The notes: generated by a model from the sequence alone, not told the origin. 64,000 nucleotides of DNA from Synergistales bacterium (GCA_963666205.1 OY762654.1:1792001-1856000); one strand, 5' to 3'; counted from the stretch's first letter, positions 1-9,580 are shown. Numbers and translations: made by a program.

Positions 1-165
1 TCCCGGAAATGCCAGGATAGCAATTGGCCTGTTCTGGGTATGATACCCTTCCGCAGGGAAGTTGTAGATGCTGTTTCACAGGCCCGGATCCCGGTGGAGG
101 AACTATCTCCGGAGATCAACGTGATCTGGAGGGCAATAAAAACTCATACAGGTTTAGATATCTGA
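1..165 (+). CDS. 3' end of a probable MinD-superfamily P-loop ATPase (ferredoxin-containing type), truncated by window edge
   Basis: Frame 1 is open from base 1 to TGA at 163-165 (…NWPVLGMIPFRREVVDAVSQARIPVEE…); resembles the C-terminus of these ATPases and precedes a NifB/NifX-type gene. Confidence 0.55.
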   Translation, partial: SRKCQDSNWPVLGMIPFRREVVDAVSQARIPVEELSPEINVIWRAIKTHTGLDI

Positions 166-194
166 CAAATACTTAAAAAGGAGTTGAGGTAATT

Positions 195-527
195 ATGATA
201 GCAGTATCATCCGATGGTAATTCCCTTTCAAGCATGATAGCCTCCCGTTTTGCAAGGGCGGCCTTCTTCCTCATTTTTGACGATGAGGGCAAGCTGCTGG
301 AGGCCATGCCTAACGATACTTCAGATGTGGCTCATGGCGCTGGAGGCAGGGCTGTTCAACTGCTTTCAGCTAAAAAGGTGACATCTGTGGTGGGTCCCAT
401 GTTCGGCCCCAATGCCTGTGTAGCCCTCAAGGCTGCGGGCATAAAGGCCTTTGAGGCCAGGGATATGACTGTTGAAGATGCAGTCAAAAAGGTTCTCCAG
501 GGCGAAATGAAGGAAATGGTTTTTTAG
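195..527 (+). CDS. NifB/NifX family (dinitrogenase Fe-Mo cofactor-binding-like) protein
   Basis: 110 aa; IAVSSDG…SRFARAAFFLI…HGAG…GPNA…LKAAGIK pattern; RBS GAGG upstream. Confidence 0.85.
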   Translation: MIAVSSDGNSLSSMIASRFARAAFFLIFDDEGKLLEAMPNDTSDVAHGAGGRAVQLLSAKKVTSVVGPMFGPNACVALKAAGIKAFEARDMTVEDAVKKVLQGEMKEMVF

Positions 528-565
528 AATAATCCATCATCTCCCATTATATAAATAATCTTCAT

Positions 566-593
566 GGCCCCACTACGGTGGGGTCTTTTTTTT
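566..593 (+). terminator. Rho-independent terminator
   Basis: GGCCCCAC-TACG-GTGGGGTC hairpin followed by T8. Confidence 0.8.
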
Positions 594-604
594 GGGGAAA
601 GTAC

Positions 605-653
605 TTGCTATATACCCCTTAGGAGCATATAATGCTATTGATAATCAATATCA
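605..653 (+). promoter_or_regulatory. Sigma70-type promoter with downstream Fur-box-like site
   Basis: TTGCTA(605-610)-17 bp-TATAAT(628-633); TGATAATCAATATCA at 639-653 is one mismatch from the 7-1-7 Fur consensus TGATAATnATTATCA. Confidence 0.6.
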
Positions 654-705
654 ATATTCAATATCGCTGTTATAGATTTCCTGTAGCAGGTCAGGAGGAT
701 TAGAA

Positions 706-951
706 ATGCCATGGGTGAGAGATGATCTTTGTGTTAATTGTGGTAAGTGTATAGAGTCCTGTTCTTCGGGAGCCATATCCATGAAGGGTGGAAAAGCCTT
801 GGTATCTCAGGAAAAATGTATTAAATGTGGGGCATGTATGCCTGTTTGTCCTGAGGGTGCTATAAGGCCGAATTCAGAAAATCCGGCCTTGGCTGGTAGA
901 TCTGGAGCGGGATATGGTTTTGGCCAGGGAATGAGCCGTTTGAGAAAGTAG
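706..951 (+). CDS. 2x[4Fe-4S] ferredoxin-like protein with Gly-rich tail
   Basis: CVNCGKCIESC and CIKCGACMPVCP motifs; RBS AGGAGG. Confidence 0.9.
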   Translation: MPWVRDDLCVNCGKCIESCSSGAISMKGGKALVSQEKCIKCGACMPVCPEGAIRPNSENPALAGRSGAGYGFGQGMSRLRK

Positions 952-962
952 AGAGGTCTATT

Positions 963-1316
963 ATGCCCTGGATATCCCCTGAAAAATGCGTTGGTTGTGG
1001 AATATGCGTACATAAGTGTCCTGTCGGAGCGATCTCCATCAGGTATAGTGCCGCAGAACTGGATATGGACCAGTGTATTCGCTGTGGAATATGTCATGAC
1101 GTATGTCCCAGAATGGCAATAAGACATGATAGTGAGCGGATTCCACGGGAGATTCAGTCTAATCTTGAAAAAGCGGAAAGATCAATGGCGGAATGTGTAA
1201 GGTTGCTGGGAAATCCCAATGAAAGAATTAAGTGTCATGAAAGGCTGGTAAAACATTTCAACAAGGAAAAGATAGTTATCGAAGAAACCCTTAAAGAACT
1301 TGAGAGAATCAGGTAG
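963..1316 (+). CDS. 2x[4Fe-4S] binding protein with C-terminal helical extension
   Basis: CVGCGICVHKCP and CIRCGICHDVCP motifs. Confidence 0.9.
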   Translation: MPWISPEKCVGCGICVHKCPVGAISIRYSAAELDMDQCIRCGICHDVCPRMAIRHDSERIPREIQSNLEKAERSMAECVRLLGNPNERIKCHERLVKHFNKEKIVIEETLKELERIR

Positions 1317-1467
1317 GGTCCGTTAAATACAGTTTTTATGATGTATAGGGGACTTCTCCAATCGGTCAGCATGAATCCTGTAAGCAGACCAATAATCAAG
1401 GTTGCGCAGGCCTATGTACCTGCTCCGCCTTGTTGTTAACTTTAGAGAAACAGGAGTGTGATGAAGT

Positions 1468-2421
1468 TTGAACAAGGAGCGTATCAGGAATTTCCCCATT
1501 TCCTTTTTTGCGGTTTCCATGGGGATCACCGGAGTTGTTCTTATGGTCGAAAAGATGGAACATCTGATTCTCATTCCCCACATTTTTTCGAGTTTCCTTT
1601 TATTGTTTTCCCTTGCCCTTTTCGTAATCATCAGTGGTTTGTATTTTACAAAGGTCTTTTCCTATCCCCGTGTTGTGGCAGAAGAACTTCTGCATCCCAT
1701 AAAAATGCACTTTCTTCCCACTTTTTCGGTGAGCCTTCTTCTTCTGTCAGTAGCTTTTCTTGGAGAATATCCCGTCCTTTCGAAATCATTCTGGATACCA
1801 GGGACGGTTTTACATTTGATCATTACCCTTTACACATTATCCAGCTGGGTACAGCGCCAGGATTTTGAAATTCAGCATGCCAATCCATCCTGGTTCATAC
1901 CCATCCTTGGAAATCTGATAATTCCGGTTGCGGGAGTGATCCATGCCCCTCTTGAATTGAACTGGTTTTTCTTTAGTGTGGGTTTATTTTTCTGGGTACT
2001 CCTTTTTGCTGTATTGCTCAACAGGATCATATTTCATCATCCCATTCCAGAAAAACTTATCCCAACCTTCTTCATTCTCATGGCTCCGCCTGCAGTTGCT
2101 TTTATCTCCTATGTCAAGCTTACCGGAAGGATAGATCTCTTTGCCCAATCTCTCTATTCCCTTGCTCTTTTCATGTTTCTCTTTGTGATCAGCCAGTTGA
2201 AACTTTTTGCAGGGATCAGGTTTTATCTGTCATGGTGGGCCTATTCCTTTCCCCTCGCAGCCCTGGGACTTGCCTCTTCCCTTATTTTTTCGAAAACGGA
2301 GAGGGTCTATTACCAGTATGGAGCCATATTTTTCTTTATCATCCTTCTGGGGGTGGCCGGCTTTCTCGTATTCCTCACAATAGGACAGATTAAGGCAGGC
2401 AGGATCTGCGTTGAAGAATAA
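1468..2421 (+). CDS. SLAC1/TehA (TDT) family anion channel/transporter
   Basis: About 10 TM segments; FAVSMGITG, NPSWFIP, APPAV and SWWAYSFPLAA motifs. Confidence 0.9.
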   Translation: MNKERIRNFPISFFAVSMGITGVVLMVEKMEHLILIPHIFSSFLLLFSLALFVIISGLYFTKVFSYPRVVAEELLHPIKMHFLPTFSVSLLLLSVAFLGEYPVLSKSFWIPGTVLHLIITLYTLSSWVQRQDFEIQHANPSWFIPILGNLIIPVAGVIHAPLELNWFFFSVGLFFWVLLFAVLLNRIIFHHPIPEKLIPTFFILMAPPAVAFISYVKLTGRIDLFAQSLYSLALFMFLFVISQLKLFAGIRFYLSWWAYSFPLAALGLASSLIFSKTERVYYQYGAIFFFIILLGVAGFLVFLTIGQIKAGRICVEE

Positions 2422-2560
2422 ATCACGGATCTTTCTGGATAGCATATGAGGGTGGAATTTCTTCAGACATGAAAACTAAGGCTTAGATATTCAATGGTAT
2501 TTGTTTGAAAGTTGTCCATGCTCCAGGTTTTCCGGGAGGATGTGGGATCATAAAAGTCAT

Positions 2561-2594
2561 AAAAAGGGGGCCGGAAAAGATCCGGTCCCCTTTT
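2561..2594. terminator. Probable bidirectional terminator
   Basis: AAAAAGGGGGCCGGA-AAAGA-TCCGGTCCCCTTTT between convergent genes. Confidence 0.75.
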
Positions 2595-2611
2595 ATCGTC
2601 CTGCATGTTCT

Positions 2612-3172
2612 TTACAGTATGTTTTTCCCAGCTTCTTTAAGGTCTGCGATGAGTACTTCATCTTCAGATGCTTCATTTTTAGTGTACAGGTCAGGGTAGC
2701 AGAATTCTCCGGTTATCTCCATTTCCAGGAGCTTGCACGATTCCCTGAAAGAAAATAGAAGTCCGTCAAAGCAGCTCTCATGACTATCTCCTGCACTTGC
2801 AACAAGAATGGCCTTTTTCCCTTTAAGTGCCGAAAGAGCTTCATCAGAAACGAAGGGTACCAGTCTGTCAAGAACCGGTTTTATCTGAGAGCTCCATGAG
2901 TACCAGTACAAGGGTGTAGCAAAGATAACAGTATCAGCTTCTGCGAGGGATTCATAGATATTATCCATCTCATCGTCTATTATGCAGGGACGTCCTCCGC
3001 TCCAGCATTTCCGGCAGTCAAGGCATCCATCGATGGTCATGTCTCCCAGGCGGAACCTGTCTATCTCAACATCTCCATCGAACTCTGATACCAGAGCTTC
3101 GGCCATGGTTTCACTGTTCCCGCCCTTTCGGGGACTTCCAAGAAGCAAGCAGATCCTTTTCATAGTTTTCAT
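2612..3172 (-). CDS. Flavodoxin family protein (iron-sulfur flavoprotein / NADPH-dependent FMN reductase-like)
   Basis: GSPRKGGNS, CLDCRKC…PC and ATPLYW motifs. Confidence 0.9.
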   Translation of the reverse strand: MKTMKRICLLLGSPRKGGNSETMAEALVSEFDGDVEIDRFRLGDMTIDGCLDCRKCWSGGRPCIIDDEMDNIYESLAEADTVIFATPLYWYSWSSQIKPVLDRLVPFVSDEALSALKGKKAILVASAGDSHESCFDGLLFSFRESCKLLEMEITGEFCYPDLYTKNEASEDEVLIADLKEAGKNIL

Positions 3173-3576
3173 CTCCTTTTTTCTTTTTTCTCTATCCTCA
3201 GAAAAACGCCTTTCCTGTAACTGTTGTTCTCAAGATCTTTCCTGATATTCTCTGTTGCTTCGATAAGCCTGGCTATGTCTACCTGTCTGAAACAGGGTCC
3301 GTATTGTTGAAGAAGTCCTGTTCCTGAATCAAGCAGGGTCTTCGCACCTCTTGTATTATCTCTGCTGAGATGATACATCGCAACAGCTAAATGGAGCAAT
3401 CCCTGGTAAAAGGATCGTATTTGGGAATCTCCGAACCCCCACAGGTGTTCCATAACATCATGACAACGGTAAAATTCCCCTTTGTTGAAAAGATCTATTC
3501 CGTAATCGAGGATTTCAGTTTCTTTCCACAAGACCAGATCATCAATGGGAGTATTTCCATTTATTCTTTCCAGCAT
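3169..3576 (-). CDS. DUF309 domain protein
   Basis: GIDLFNKGEFYRCHDVMEHLW…FYQGLLHLAVAMYH pattern; start placed at the internal ATG at 3576. Confidence 0.8.
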   Translation of the reverse strand: MLERINGNTPIDDLVLWKETEILDYGIDLFNKGEFYRCHDVMEHLWGFGDSQIRSFYQGLLHLAVAMYHLSRDNTRGAKTLLDSGTGLLQQYGPCFRQVDIARLIEATENIRKDLENNSYRKGVFLRIEKKEKRR

Positions 3577-3702
3577 GGGTTTCACCGTCCCTTTGTAACA
3601 GTTTAGGAAAAATATTTGAAATAGTAAAACTTTTTCTTGACTTATTGAAGAATACATAATACATTATCCTGCATATCGGTATTTATCAAAACAGGCCGTT
3701 TA

Positions 3703-4395
3703 ATGGAGTTGATTTCAATGCAGAATAATCTGGCCAAAAACAGCATGTACAACCTTCCTGAAAGTTTCCTCATGGGTGCAGGAGAAAAACGTGAAAAGAC
3801 GGGCAATATGCCTGGTCTTGTCTATCCCTCCTTCTTCAAGGGTTCCTGGATAGCCGTTGATTTCATAGGTTTCATGAAAGAGGCAGCATCAGTTGGGATT
3901 TCGTGGCCTGCTCTCCTGCTCAGAAAAGTCGTTGTAGATCTGATCAGGGAAAACCCGGCCCCGAACACCCTCGTATGTTACATGAGATTCGCCCACATGC
4001 TTAAAGTTCTTTTTCTCTCGGACGAAGGCTGTCGTGATAATAATTGCGGACATAGTCTTTTCAGGGAATATAAGGGATATCTGGCCGAGGGGAATAAGAT
4101 TTCCAGGCCCGTTATTATAAGACCTGTTGCTTTCTGGGATGGAAAGGGCATGGTAATGGCCCTCTGGCCCGGAGGGAAAGATGGATGTGCCCACTATGCC
4201 AGTGATCCAAGGATCCTTGATGCCGGCAATTTCCTGGACTATTCCAGTTTTCCCAGATCCATGTTCAGTATGCCTTCCAATATTGACCGGCCAGGATCAG
4301 ATCAGACGAGCATTCCCCTGGAACCTGTCTCCATGTTCGAATATGATGGAGTTATATATACACACGGTAACATCTGGTTTTCCTATCCATCCTGA
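3703..4395 (+). CDS. Hypothetical protein
   Basis: 230 aa ORF filling the gap and followed by a strong terminator; no family recognised; start uncertain. Confidence 0.55.
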   Translation: MELISMQNNLAKNSMYNLPESFLMGAGEKREKTGNMPGLVYPSFFKGSWIAVDFIGFMKEAASVGISWPALLLRKVVVDLIRENPAPNTLVCYMRFAHMLKVLFLSDEGCRDNNCGHSLFREYKGYLAEGNKISRPVIIRPVAFWDGKGMVMALWPGGKDGCAHYASDPRILDAGNFLDYSSFPRSMFSMPSNIDRPGSDQTSIPLEPVSMFEYDGVIYTHGNIWFSYPS

Positions 4396-4420
4396 TTCCC
4401 TGTTCTTTCTCCTCCTTTTG

Positions 4421-4450
4421 AAAGGCGCCTCTGTATAGAGGCGCCTTTTT
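4421..4450 (+). terminator. Rho-independent terminator
   Basis: AAAGGCGCCTCT-GTAT-AGAGGCGCCTTTTT. Confidence 0.85.
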
Positions 4451-4464
4451 AATGTTGACAGATA

Positions 4465-4496
4465 TTGACATAACAAACAATATATTATATTGTTTG
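4465..4496 (+). promoter_or_regulatory. Promoter overlapped by a perfect 11-bp inverted repeat (operator)
   Basis: TTGACA(4465-4470)-17 bp-TATTGT; CAAACAATATA-T-TATATTGTTTG at 4474-4496. Confidence 0.6.
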
Positions 4497-4525
4497 CATA
4501 TAAACAAACATAAGGAGGTTATATT

Positions 4526-5281
4526 GTGAATTATTCCGGTGATGTTTTCTGGAGTGCCCAAATAGAAGATATGGTCAGGGGGTATGTTTTCCGTAAGGAA
4601 AATGCTGTTTTCCTCTGCCTGCTCTGTGGTAAGTCCTTTGAACAGGGAGTTATTTATCCCAATGGAACAGAACTTTTGGATGCGGAAAAGGCTATCTGCC
4701 GTCATATTGCGGATGAACATGGAGGAGTTTTCAGATCCCTTGTAGAGATGGATAGAAAGTATACTGGTCTTTCAGAAATCCAGCAATCCATACTTAAAGC
4801 TTTTCATGAAGGCAAGGGAGATAATGAAATTGCCAGGGAAATGGATATAGAAAAGTCTACGGTCAGGAATCATCGCTTTAAAATGAGAGAAAAGACAAAA
4901 CAGGCACGGGTTTTTCTTGCCCTGATGGAGCTCGCCGAAAAAAAGCAGAAAGAGAATGAAAAACTTGTTGAGATGCACAGAAATGCCCGGATGGTGGATG
5001 AGAGATATGCTATTACCATGGAAGAAGAGAAAAAACTTCTGAAAAAATATTTCAGGGAAGATGGAAAACTTGATCGCTATCCCATAAAGGCGAAGGATCA
5101 GATAGTTGTGCTCAGAAGAGTGGTGACTCTTTTTGAGACAGGGGAAAAATATTCCGAAAAACAAGTGAACGCTATTATCGAAGGTATTTTTGAAGATTAC
5201 GCTATTCTCAGGAGAAACCTTATTGAACACGGTTTTATGCAGAGAAGACCTGATGGAAGTGAATACTGGATAGTTTTTTAG
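4526..5281 (+). CDS. DUF2087 domain protein with N-terminal C2H2-like motif and LuxR-type HTH
   Basis: CLLC…H…H; EIAREMDIEKSTVRNH HTH; C-terminal YSEKQVN…DYAILRRNLIEHGFMQR…GSEYW. Confidence 0.85.
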   Translation: MNYSGDVFWSAQIEDMVRGYVFRKENAVFLCLLCGKSFEQGVIYPNGTELLDAEKAICRHIADEHGGVFRSLVEMDRKYTGLSEIQQSILKAFHEGKGDNEIAREMDIEKSTVRNHRFKMREKTKQARVFLALMELAEKKQKENEKLVEMHRNARMVDERYAITMEEEKKLLKKYFREDGKLDRYPIKAKDQIVVLRRVVTLFETGEKYSEKQVNAIIEGIFEDYAILRRNLIEHGFMQRRPDGSEYWIVF

Positions 5282-5380
5282 CACAATATATACAGTTTCT
5301 ACCTGAATATTTCTGAAACCTTGTCCTTTGTGCTAGTGCTGCGTTAAAATATAAAAGCAGAATTCAGGGCCAGGGGGGAT

Positions 5381-6193
5381 GTGGATATGGACAAGTGCAT
5401 AGGTTTTATTGGTGCCGGGCATATAACGGAGATGCTGATCTCAAGGATAATAGAAACTGGAGCAGTTGTTCCTTCAAGGCTGTCTATAAGCGATATAAAC
5501 AAGGACAGAGTCCTTTTTATGGAGGAAAAATTCGGACTCAGCGGAGCAATGAATAACAGGGAGCTTTTCCAGAAGTGCAAACATATTTTTTTCTGTATCC
5601 ATCCGCCAGTTGTCCAGAAAATCCTTGATGATCTCTATGGCCTGGATTTTTCAGATAAGCTTATAGTTTCCATTGCTGCTGGAATACCCATGAAGACCTA
5701 CTGTTACCTGGGGAATATTGCGGTCATAAGGGCTATTCCCAACCCTCCCAGCAAGGCCGGTTATGGCATAGTTCCCTACTCCCTTAACCCTTTTGTCACG
5801 GAAGAGCAGAAAAAGGAGATCCTGGAGCTTCTTTCTTCCCTCGGAGAGAGTTTTCCCATGAATGAGGATGCCATCAGTATTGTAACCTCCCTCAGCAGTC
5901 CCGTCACAACCTTCCTTTTTCTGGATTCCCTTGTTGAAGCGGGAGTTCTTGCAGGACTCAGCAGGAAAGATTCGATAAGGATAGTACATAAAACAGTCCT
6001 GGGTTGTCTTAAGATATGGGAAAAGGAGCCGGAAAAGACCTTTGCCGACCTCCTCTCGGAAGCCTGTACCCCAGGAGGTATTTCAGCAGAAACCCTTTTG
6101 ACTCTGGACCGATACGCCTTCCGTGCAGCAGTCAAGGATGGAATCCTCGAAGGAGTAGAAAAGGCCAGGGGGTTTTCCAGTTCTTATGAGTAA
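5381..6193 (+). CDS. proC: Pyrroline-5-carboxylate reductase family protein (divergent)
   Basis: IGFIGAGH Rossmann motif, VSIAAG, RAIPNPP, CTPGG. Confidence 0.75.
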   Translation: MDMDKCIGFIGAGHITEMLISRIIETGAVVPSRLSISDINKDRVLFMEEKFGLSGAMNNRELFQKCKHIFFCIHPPVVQKILDDLYGLDFSDKLIVSIAAGIPMKTYCYLGNIAVIRAIPNPPSKAGYGIVPYSLNPFVTEEQKKEILELLSSLGESFPMNEDAISIVTSLSSPVTTFLFLDSLVEAGVLAGLSRKDSIRIVHKTVLGCLKIWEKEPEKTFADLLSEACTPGGISAETLLTLDRYAFRAAVKDGILEGVEKARGFSSSYE

Positions 6194-6399
6194 TCACAGA
6201 TCCTGAAAAGGAAGACTGCTGCAATAAGAGCCTTTTAGAATTGACTTGCCAGGTCCTGGGTTAACAAAATCCCCGGGACCTTTATAATGGTTCCTGTTGA
6301 AGCATGAATGCAATGAGATACAGGTGAAGTTATGGCATAACAATAGATTTTATCACATGGATATTTAGCGTATCCCAATAAACCTGGGGGTGTATCATC

Positions 6400-7653
6400 A
6401 TGGAAGTGGAACTTGGTTACGGAAAGGGATCAGTATTGGTTAATGTAGATGAGAGCAGGCTTATGGGAGTGCTTGAACCTGCCTCTATTGAGGGTTCCGG
6501 CCTTTCTGAAAGGCAGGAAATAGAAAGGGCGCTTTTGAACCCCGTCAATTCTCCCCGACTTGAAACCATGGTGAAACCAGGAGAAAAGATCGTCGTAATT
6601 ACCAGCGACATTACCAGACCATGTCCCTCATACAAGGTTCTGCCTCCCCTCATGGAAGAACTGTGTCGTGCCGGAGCAAGGGATAATGACATAACCATCG
6701 TCTTTGCCCTTGGCAGCCACCGGAAACATTCCAAAGAAGAAATGAAAAAACTCGTGGGTGAAAATATTTACAGCAGATATTCCTGTGTAGATCTGGATGT
6801 GGATGATTGCGTGAGCGTGGGAGTGACAAAGAGGGGAACCCCGGTGGATGTGTTCAGGCCGGTTGTCGAAGCGGACAGAAGAATATGTGTCGGCAACATT
6901 GAATACCACTACTTTGCCGGTTACAGTGGAGGAGCCAAGGCTATCCTGCCAGGAGTCTGTACCAAAGAGGCCATACAGGCCAACCATCGGATGATGGTCC
7001 GGGCTGATGCTGTAACGGGAACCCTCGATACTAACCCGCTGAGGTGTGACATAGATGAGGTGAGTGATCTCATATCCATCGATTTCATTCTTAATGTGGT
7101 TCTTGATCCTCACAAGAAGATCCTTAAAGCTGTTGCAGGTCATTACATTGATGCTCATCGTGAAGGCTGTCATTTCCTCGATAGCCTCTACAAGATCAGA
7201 ATAGAGAAAGCGGCGGATATCGTTATTGTGTCGCCTGGAGGTTTTCCCAAGGATATCAATATGTACCAGGCTCAGAAGGCTCTTGACAATGCCCGCCATG
7301 CGGTGAGGGAAGGTGGGGTTATCATCTGGGTTGCTTCCTGTGGTGAAGGATTCGGTTCTGCTGTTTTCGAGAAATGGATAAGGGGAGCAGATTCACCGGA
7401 CCAGATAATTGAAGATATTCAGAAGAACTTTGAACTGGGAGGTCATAAGGCTGCTGCCATTGCCATGACCCTGAAAAAGGCCGGAATTTTTCTTGTTTCC
7501 GATCTCGATGCCGACCTCGTCAGGTCTATATTCCTTAAACCCTTTTCTGATGTAGCGGAAGCCCAGAAAGAGGCTTATCGCCTTCTGGGAAGTGATGCTG
7601 AAACTCTGCTTATGCCCTATGGAGGTTCAACTCTACCGGTTTATAAGGGATAA
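6400..7653 (+). CDS. larA: Nickel-pincer-dependent lactate racemase (LarA) family 2-hydroxyacid racemase/epimerase
   Basis: SDITRP, ALGSHR, HYFAGYSGGAK, ANH and YQAQKA motifs. Confidence 0.85.
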   Translation: MEVELGYGKGSVLVNVDESRLMGVLEPASIEGSGLSERQEIERALLNPVNSPRLETMVKPGEKIVVITSDITRPCPSYKVLPPLMEELCRAGARDNDITIVFALGSHRKHSKEEMKKLVGENIYSRYSCVDLDVDDCVSVGVTKRGTPVDVFRPVVEADRRICVGNIEYHYFAGYSGGAKAILPGVCTKEAIQANHRMMVRADAVTGTLDTNPLRCDIDEVSDLISIDFILNVVLDPHKKILKAVAGHYIDAHREGCHFLDSLYKIRIEKAADIVIVSPGGFPKDINMYQAQKALDNARHAVREGGVIIWVASCGEGFGSAVFEKWIRGADSPDQIIEDIQKNFELGGHKAAAIAMTLKKAGIFLVSDLDADLVRSIFLKPFSDVAEAQKEAYRLLGSDAETLLMPYGGSTLPVYKG

Positions 7654-7673
7654 CAACCCTTAAGTAATTGTAA

Positions 7674-7712
7674 AACGAGCTTTCCCCCGGGTAGCAGAAG
7701 GGAAGGCTCGTT
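7674..7712. terminator. Hairpin between convergent genes
   Basis: AACGAGCTTTCCC…GGGAAGGCTCGTT. Confidence 0.6.
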
Positions 7713-7722
7713 GTTCGTATTC

Positions 7723-8877
7723 CTATTTTCTCCAGAGGTCAGTGTTTTCCAGGTCTGCGGCAACGTCCTTGAGAAGAGATGGTATCTGGAGGTGCTGGGG
7801 GCATACCTCCATACATTTTCCGCAGTTTACACATAGAGAGGCGTGGGCTTTTTTGCCCATTATTCCGCCGAGCCAGAAATAATACTGACGTTTTGGGTCT
7901 TCCTGCCCGAGAAGATGATAGCGGTTATAGAACTCAAAACAGGTGGGAATATCCACTCCTGCCGGACAGGGCATGCAGTAACGGCATCCAGTGCAGCCCA
8001 CTTTTGTAAGGCGGCGGTATTCATCTCCAGCCCTCTTGACCATGTCAAGTTCTGTTTCTGTCATGGATTCAGGTTTAGCCTCGCTGGCTATCCTGATGTT
8101 TTCCTCGATATGTTCTTCTTCATTCATGCCTGACAGGACAACTTTCACCTCTGGATGGTTCCAGAGCCATCTGAGTCCCCACTCTGCCGGTGTTCTCTTT
8201 ATCTCTGATTCATCCCATATTTCCGCTACTGAAGGAGGCACGATCCTGGTCAGACTCCCACCCCGGAGAGGTTCCATTATGATAACTCCAAGTCCCTTTG
8301 AAGCAGCATATCTGAGTCCTTCCGTTCCAGCCTGGAAATCTTTATCCAGGTAGTTATACTGGATCTGGCAGAAGTCCCAGTCAAAGGAATCAACTATTTC
8401 TTTGAATGTTCCCAGGTCATCATGAAAGGAGAACCCTGCATTTCTTACCTTTCCATTTTTTTTAGCTTCAACAAGAAAATCCAGTACTCCCAGATCCCTT
8501 ATGTTTTCCCAGCTTTGTCTTGAAAGGGCATGAAGCAGGTAATAATCTATCCATTCTGTCTGAAGTCTTTCGAGCTGAAGGTCAAGCATTCTCTCAATAT
8601 CATCCGGTTCTTTCATAAGCCAGCAGGGCAGCTTGGTGGCAAGCTTTACCTTCTCCCTGTAACCGTCTTTAAGAGCCTTTCCTACGAAGGGTTCGCCATC
8701 TCCATTGTGGTATGGATAAGCTGTATCAATATAGTTGATTCCCCTATCTATCGCTGATTGGATATGCCGGGTTGCCCGTTCTTCATCGATGGAGCCATCC
8801 TTCTGGGCAAGTCTCATACATCCGAAACCCAGAATAGAAAGCTCATCACCGTTCTTTGGCATTTTTCTGTAAAGCAT
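7723..8877 (-). CDS. Aldo/keto reductase with C-terminal Fe-S domain
   Basis: LGFGCMRL, DTAYPYH, ATKLP, DYYLLH; C-terminal CTGCRYCMPCP and CVNCGKCMEVCP. Confidence 0.9.
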   Translation of the reverse strand: MLYRKMPKNGDELSILGFGCMRLAQKDGSIDEERATRHIQSAIDRGINYIDTAYPYHNGDGEPFVGKALKDGYREKVKLATKLPCWLMKEPDDIERMLDLQLERLQTEWIDYYLLHALSRQSWENIRDLGVLDFLVEAKKNGKVRNAGFSFHDDLGTFKEIVDSFDWDFCQIQYNYLDKDFQAGTEGLRYAASKGLGVIIMEPLRGGSLTRIVPPSVAEIWDESEIKRTPAEWGLRWLWNHPEVKVVLSGMNEEEHIEENIRIASEAKPESMTETELDMVKRAGDEYRRLTKVGCTGCRYCMPCPAGVDIPTCFEFYNRYHLLGQEDPKRQYYFWLGGIMGKKAHASLCVNCGKCMEVCPQHLQIPSLLKDVAADLENTDLWRK

Positions 8878-9136
8878 TTTTCTCCCTCCCTGAAATATAC
8901 GGTAGAAAATTCATTGAAATATCTCGTGAAACATAACCCTTAACATCAGTACATCTCTATTTCTGATACCTTATTTGTTTTCTGTAGAGGATAGATGACA
9001 CTATAACATAAAGTGTAAAAAATCATGAAAATAAAAATGAGAAATATTTCACTAAGGGATGTTATAATAGGTTTAGTAGGTCAGACTGATACTCTTCTAT
9101 TGAGAATTAACCGAAATTAGTCAAGGAGGAATTGTA

Positions 9137-9580
9137 ATGAAAAAAACTGAACTCCTCTCTGCTGTTGCAGCCTGCGGGATCGATTGTATCAACTGCCCCA
9201 TGCACGAAAAAAACATAACTGAAGATCTGAAAAACAGAGTTGCCGCCATGATGGGGAAGGACCCCGATGAAATGATCTGCCATGGCTGCCGCTCGGATAA
9301 GCGGGCGGCCATATGTCCTGCCGACTGTTCCACCCTTACCTGCTCAAGGGAAAAGGGTGTTGACTTCTGTTTTGAATGTCCAGACTTCCCCTGCGAAAAG
9401 CTCAACCCGGCTTCAGACCGGGCTGAAAGACTTCCCCATAATCTTAAGGTATATAATTCCTGCCGAATGAAAAAAATGGGTCCTGAAAAATGGCTGGAGG
9501 AAGATGCCGGACCAACTACTGCCAGGTATTACAAGGGAAAGATGGTCATCGGAAGGGGCCCCGTACTGGAAGGAGAGTAA
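9137..9580 (+). CDS. DUF3795 domain Cys-rich protein
   Basis: CGIDCINC…CHGC…C…C…FCFECPDFPC; RBS AGGAGG. Confidence 0.85.
   Translation: MKKTELLSAVAACGIDCINCPMHEKNITEDLKNRVAAMMGKDPDEMICHGCRSDKRAAICPADCSTLTCSREKGVDFCFECPDFPCEKLNPASDRAERLPHNLKVYNSCRMKKMGPEKWLEEDAGPTTARYYKGKMVIGRGPVLEGE

Noticed and set aside
195-527. Nitrogen fixation gene
   Set aside because: The NifB/NifX domain is widespread in non-diazotrophs, and there are no nifHDK genes here.
6333-6348. Possible sigma54 promoter TGGCATAACAATAGAT upstream of larA
   Set aside because: Lacks the required GC at -12.
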